DNA from: Amphiscolops sp. MND2022
Taxonomy: Eukaryota
Direction of reading: 5' to 3'
Length of the DNA stretch: 64,000 bases
NCBI GenBank assembly: GCA_964187785.1
Contig: OZ076410.1
Span: forward strand, 61,070,001-61,134,000
Part shown: positions 62,026 through 64,000 of the stretch, piece by piece
How positions within the stretch are numbered: the first letter of the stretch is position 1
Layout of the letters: every line of letters begins with the position of its first letter
The notes under the pieces: model-generated
Told to the model about the DNA's origin: nothing
Databases searched by the model: none
The model's input: only the letters and a program-made list of their open reading frames with translations
Position numbers and translations under genes: made by a program

Positions 62026-63286
62026 ACAATTGCCCAAACTCCCAGAGTCGTCACAATAGCCCAATCTCCCAGAGACACAAAAGCCCAATCTCCCAGAGAC
62101 ACAATAGCCCAATCTCCCAGAGACACAATAGCCCAATTTCCCAGAGACACAGTAGCCCAATCTCCCAGAGACACAGTAGCCCAATCTCCCAGAGACATAG
62201 TAGCCCAATCTCCCAGAGTCACAATAGCCCAATCTCCCAGAGACACGAAATCAGAGACTCCAAGATCCAGTTCTTGGGCAATCTTCTGTTGTCTACCAAC
62301 GAGTCAACTTCTTCTAGTCCGGGTCGTCCACCAACGAGTTGTCCGGGTCGGCGGACCAAAAGTAACATCTGCTTGCCCTTATCCTGCGCTGAGGCTTGAC
62401 AAGCTTTACACCGCCCTGATCCGTTGCTTAGTGCTGTGGGCCGTCACTAAACAAATCCTGGTTTCTTGTTTTAAAGGACTGTATCTTTTGGCTTGATGGG
62501 TCCGATGTGACCCGTGGAATCTCCTGCGATTCCTCTTTGCACGGATTTGGATCCGATGTGATCCGTAACACTCTTCCCTCACAGTATCTTCACGCGCTCC
62601 GGCTCTCCAACTATGAGAGTAGCTACTTAGTCGCTCTGACTCTAAAGAAAAGTTGTGAGGATTGAGAAGTTGATTAATTAGTCTCTTGGTCCTAAGACCC
62701 AACTTGACTATAGCTATTCAGTGGAGAAAATCTCTATCTAATAATGGTATACACATCGTTTACAATTCTACAGTAAAAATAAGCAAATATCAGTTGAAAT
62801 ATGTTGTATAAATAAATGACTTTTAAAGCATAAAATGAAGTTATTGACTAAGTAAACAAACTATGTGGTGGTTTTGGCATGTTGGTTAGGTGGGCTAGAA
62901 AGTATGTTTACACAATGTAAATATCATCAATTTCAACAGAGTTACATTCTAATGTAGTCATATAGGTAAATAACAGATTTTACAATTTTGGTTCAATGAC
63001 CTTGAATACTACACATGTGAGGGATGAAGGGGTTAATATTGGGTGGATGACCTTGAAACTTGGCCGGTGTGTTTGTGTTATGTATCTGCATATGTGTGCC
63101 AAGTTTCGTGGCTCTAGGGTTAATATTCTTGGAGAAAACCCATTTGGGGGGGGGGGGGTTTTTCCATTTTTGTGATGATTGGAATTTTTTCAAATTTTCA
63201 TCTAAATTTTCAAGAGTTTAAGTCTTGTTTCTCAAGCACCATGTTCTGAATCGAGTTTTTTCGCCTGCTGATGACTGGCGCCAAAA
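62026..63286 (-). repeat. Right (5') terminal repeat of the young BEL element
   Basis: Starts TTTTGGCGCC (TGTTGGCGCC in the left copy) and runs to ~30 nt before the gag ATG. Confidence 0.8.
62030..62250. repeat. 24-bp tandem repeat, 9 units, just upstream of BEL gag
   Basis: Direct inspection. Confidence 0.95.
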
Positions 63287-64000
63287 CCGCTTCGTCGTCT
63301 ATGTCTCCTTCTTACGCTAAGGCCTCATTCACTTCATCTTATTTTCCACTCTTGAATCTATCAGTTTTTACCTGCCGCTCTCACTTTGGATATTCTCTTC
63401 TTAGAAAAGTCATTTCTGTCAAAACTTAGTGTTTTTACTGCTTTTACCAGTTTTGCTATAACTTTCATGTGACCAAGCTGCTTGCTTTCAAATACTTTGA
63501 CTGACTGTCTCATTTTCGCAATTTTTACTCCTAATTTCAAACTTCCTCCGCGATTTTTTTCCGGTTGACCCTTTGACGTTACACAAGATTTTTCAGTTTT
63601 GGTGGTAATCTTTTCCTAAGTTTTAGTTTTCTCAGTCAAATCTGATAACGATTTCCAACAAGAGATTCTCTACGTGATGAGTCCCGCGCTAGACAATTTT
63701 TAAAAATGTTTAGGGGCCTTTTCACACTGTGCGACAAACCGACCTTTTTCAGAAATTTTTTCTGCACAATTTTTGGTTTTTGACGTGTTCTGTTGAAAAT
63801 TGTTTTCCGAGTCATGAGAAGCATCTTTGGATCTTTTTTGATCCTGTGGGAGTTATTTTAAGTTTTCTAACTAGTTAAAGAAACTACCTATCATTTTGTC
63901 AGCTATGCAGGACTTAACATTTTTTCAATGAAGATTCGCTGTTTTTTCAATGTTTTCACTTCAAACAAAGCATGTTTCGAGCCTGAAGGGTCACACCGTT

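Larger units (their letters stand above)
56411..63286 (-). mobile_element. Younger non-autonomous BEL/Pao LTR element (RT-RH-IN core missing)
   Basis: ~1.27-kb direct repeats 56411-57687 and 62026-63286; purine-rich tract before TGTTGGCGCC at 57687; gag, protease and DUF5641 C-terminus present. Confidence 0.88.

Noticed and set aside
62590-62620. TAGTTGGAGAGCCGG as the BEL PBS
   Set aside because: Only partial similarity to recalled tRNA-Ala/Tyr ends, and the same sequence lies inside both terminal repeats; unresolved.

Overview
This window is AT-rich eukaryotic (animal-like) nuclear DNA made almost entirely of nested transposable elements; the species cannot be determined from the sequence alone. 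It holds three copies of one large Ty3/Gypsy LTR family: element 1 (minus strand, <1-10177), element 2 (17688-32664, ~15 kb, 2.27-kb LTRs) and a tandem truncated element 3 sharing element 2's right LTR (to ~34626). The family has four unusual features. Gag starts inside the LTR and reads through the LTR end and the tRNA-Leu-type PBS. The gag-pol junction has an A-AAA-AAC -1 frameshift site with a hairpin. The integrase tail ends in tandem YNLR motifs. Most notably, between pol and the 3' LTR lies a ~3.1-kb, apparently six-exon gene on the opposite strand, whose last exon is protein-conserved between the two diverged subfamilies. By motif recall (untested), its product resembles a catalytically gutted hAT transposase with a zinc finger. 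A divergent sense ORF shares its putative promoter. The window also contains a non-autonomous BEL/Pao element (56411-63286) next to an older BEL remnant, LINE fragments, hAT, Tc1 and MULE relics, a fourth Gypsy fragment, a 172-bp satellite with dimeric higher-order structure and Helentron-like dispersed repeats. One probable host gene encodes a secreted Cys-rich peptide precursor (38219-38722). Many coordinates are hand-read and approximate, and most short ORFs in the supplied track are shadows or repeat artefacts.
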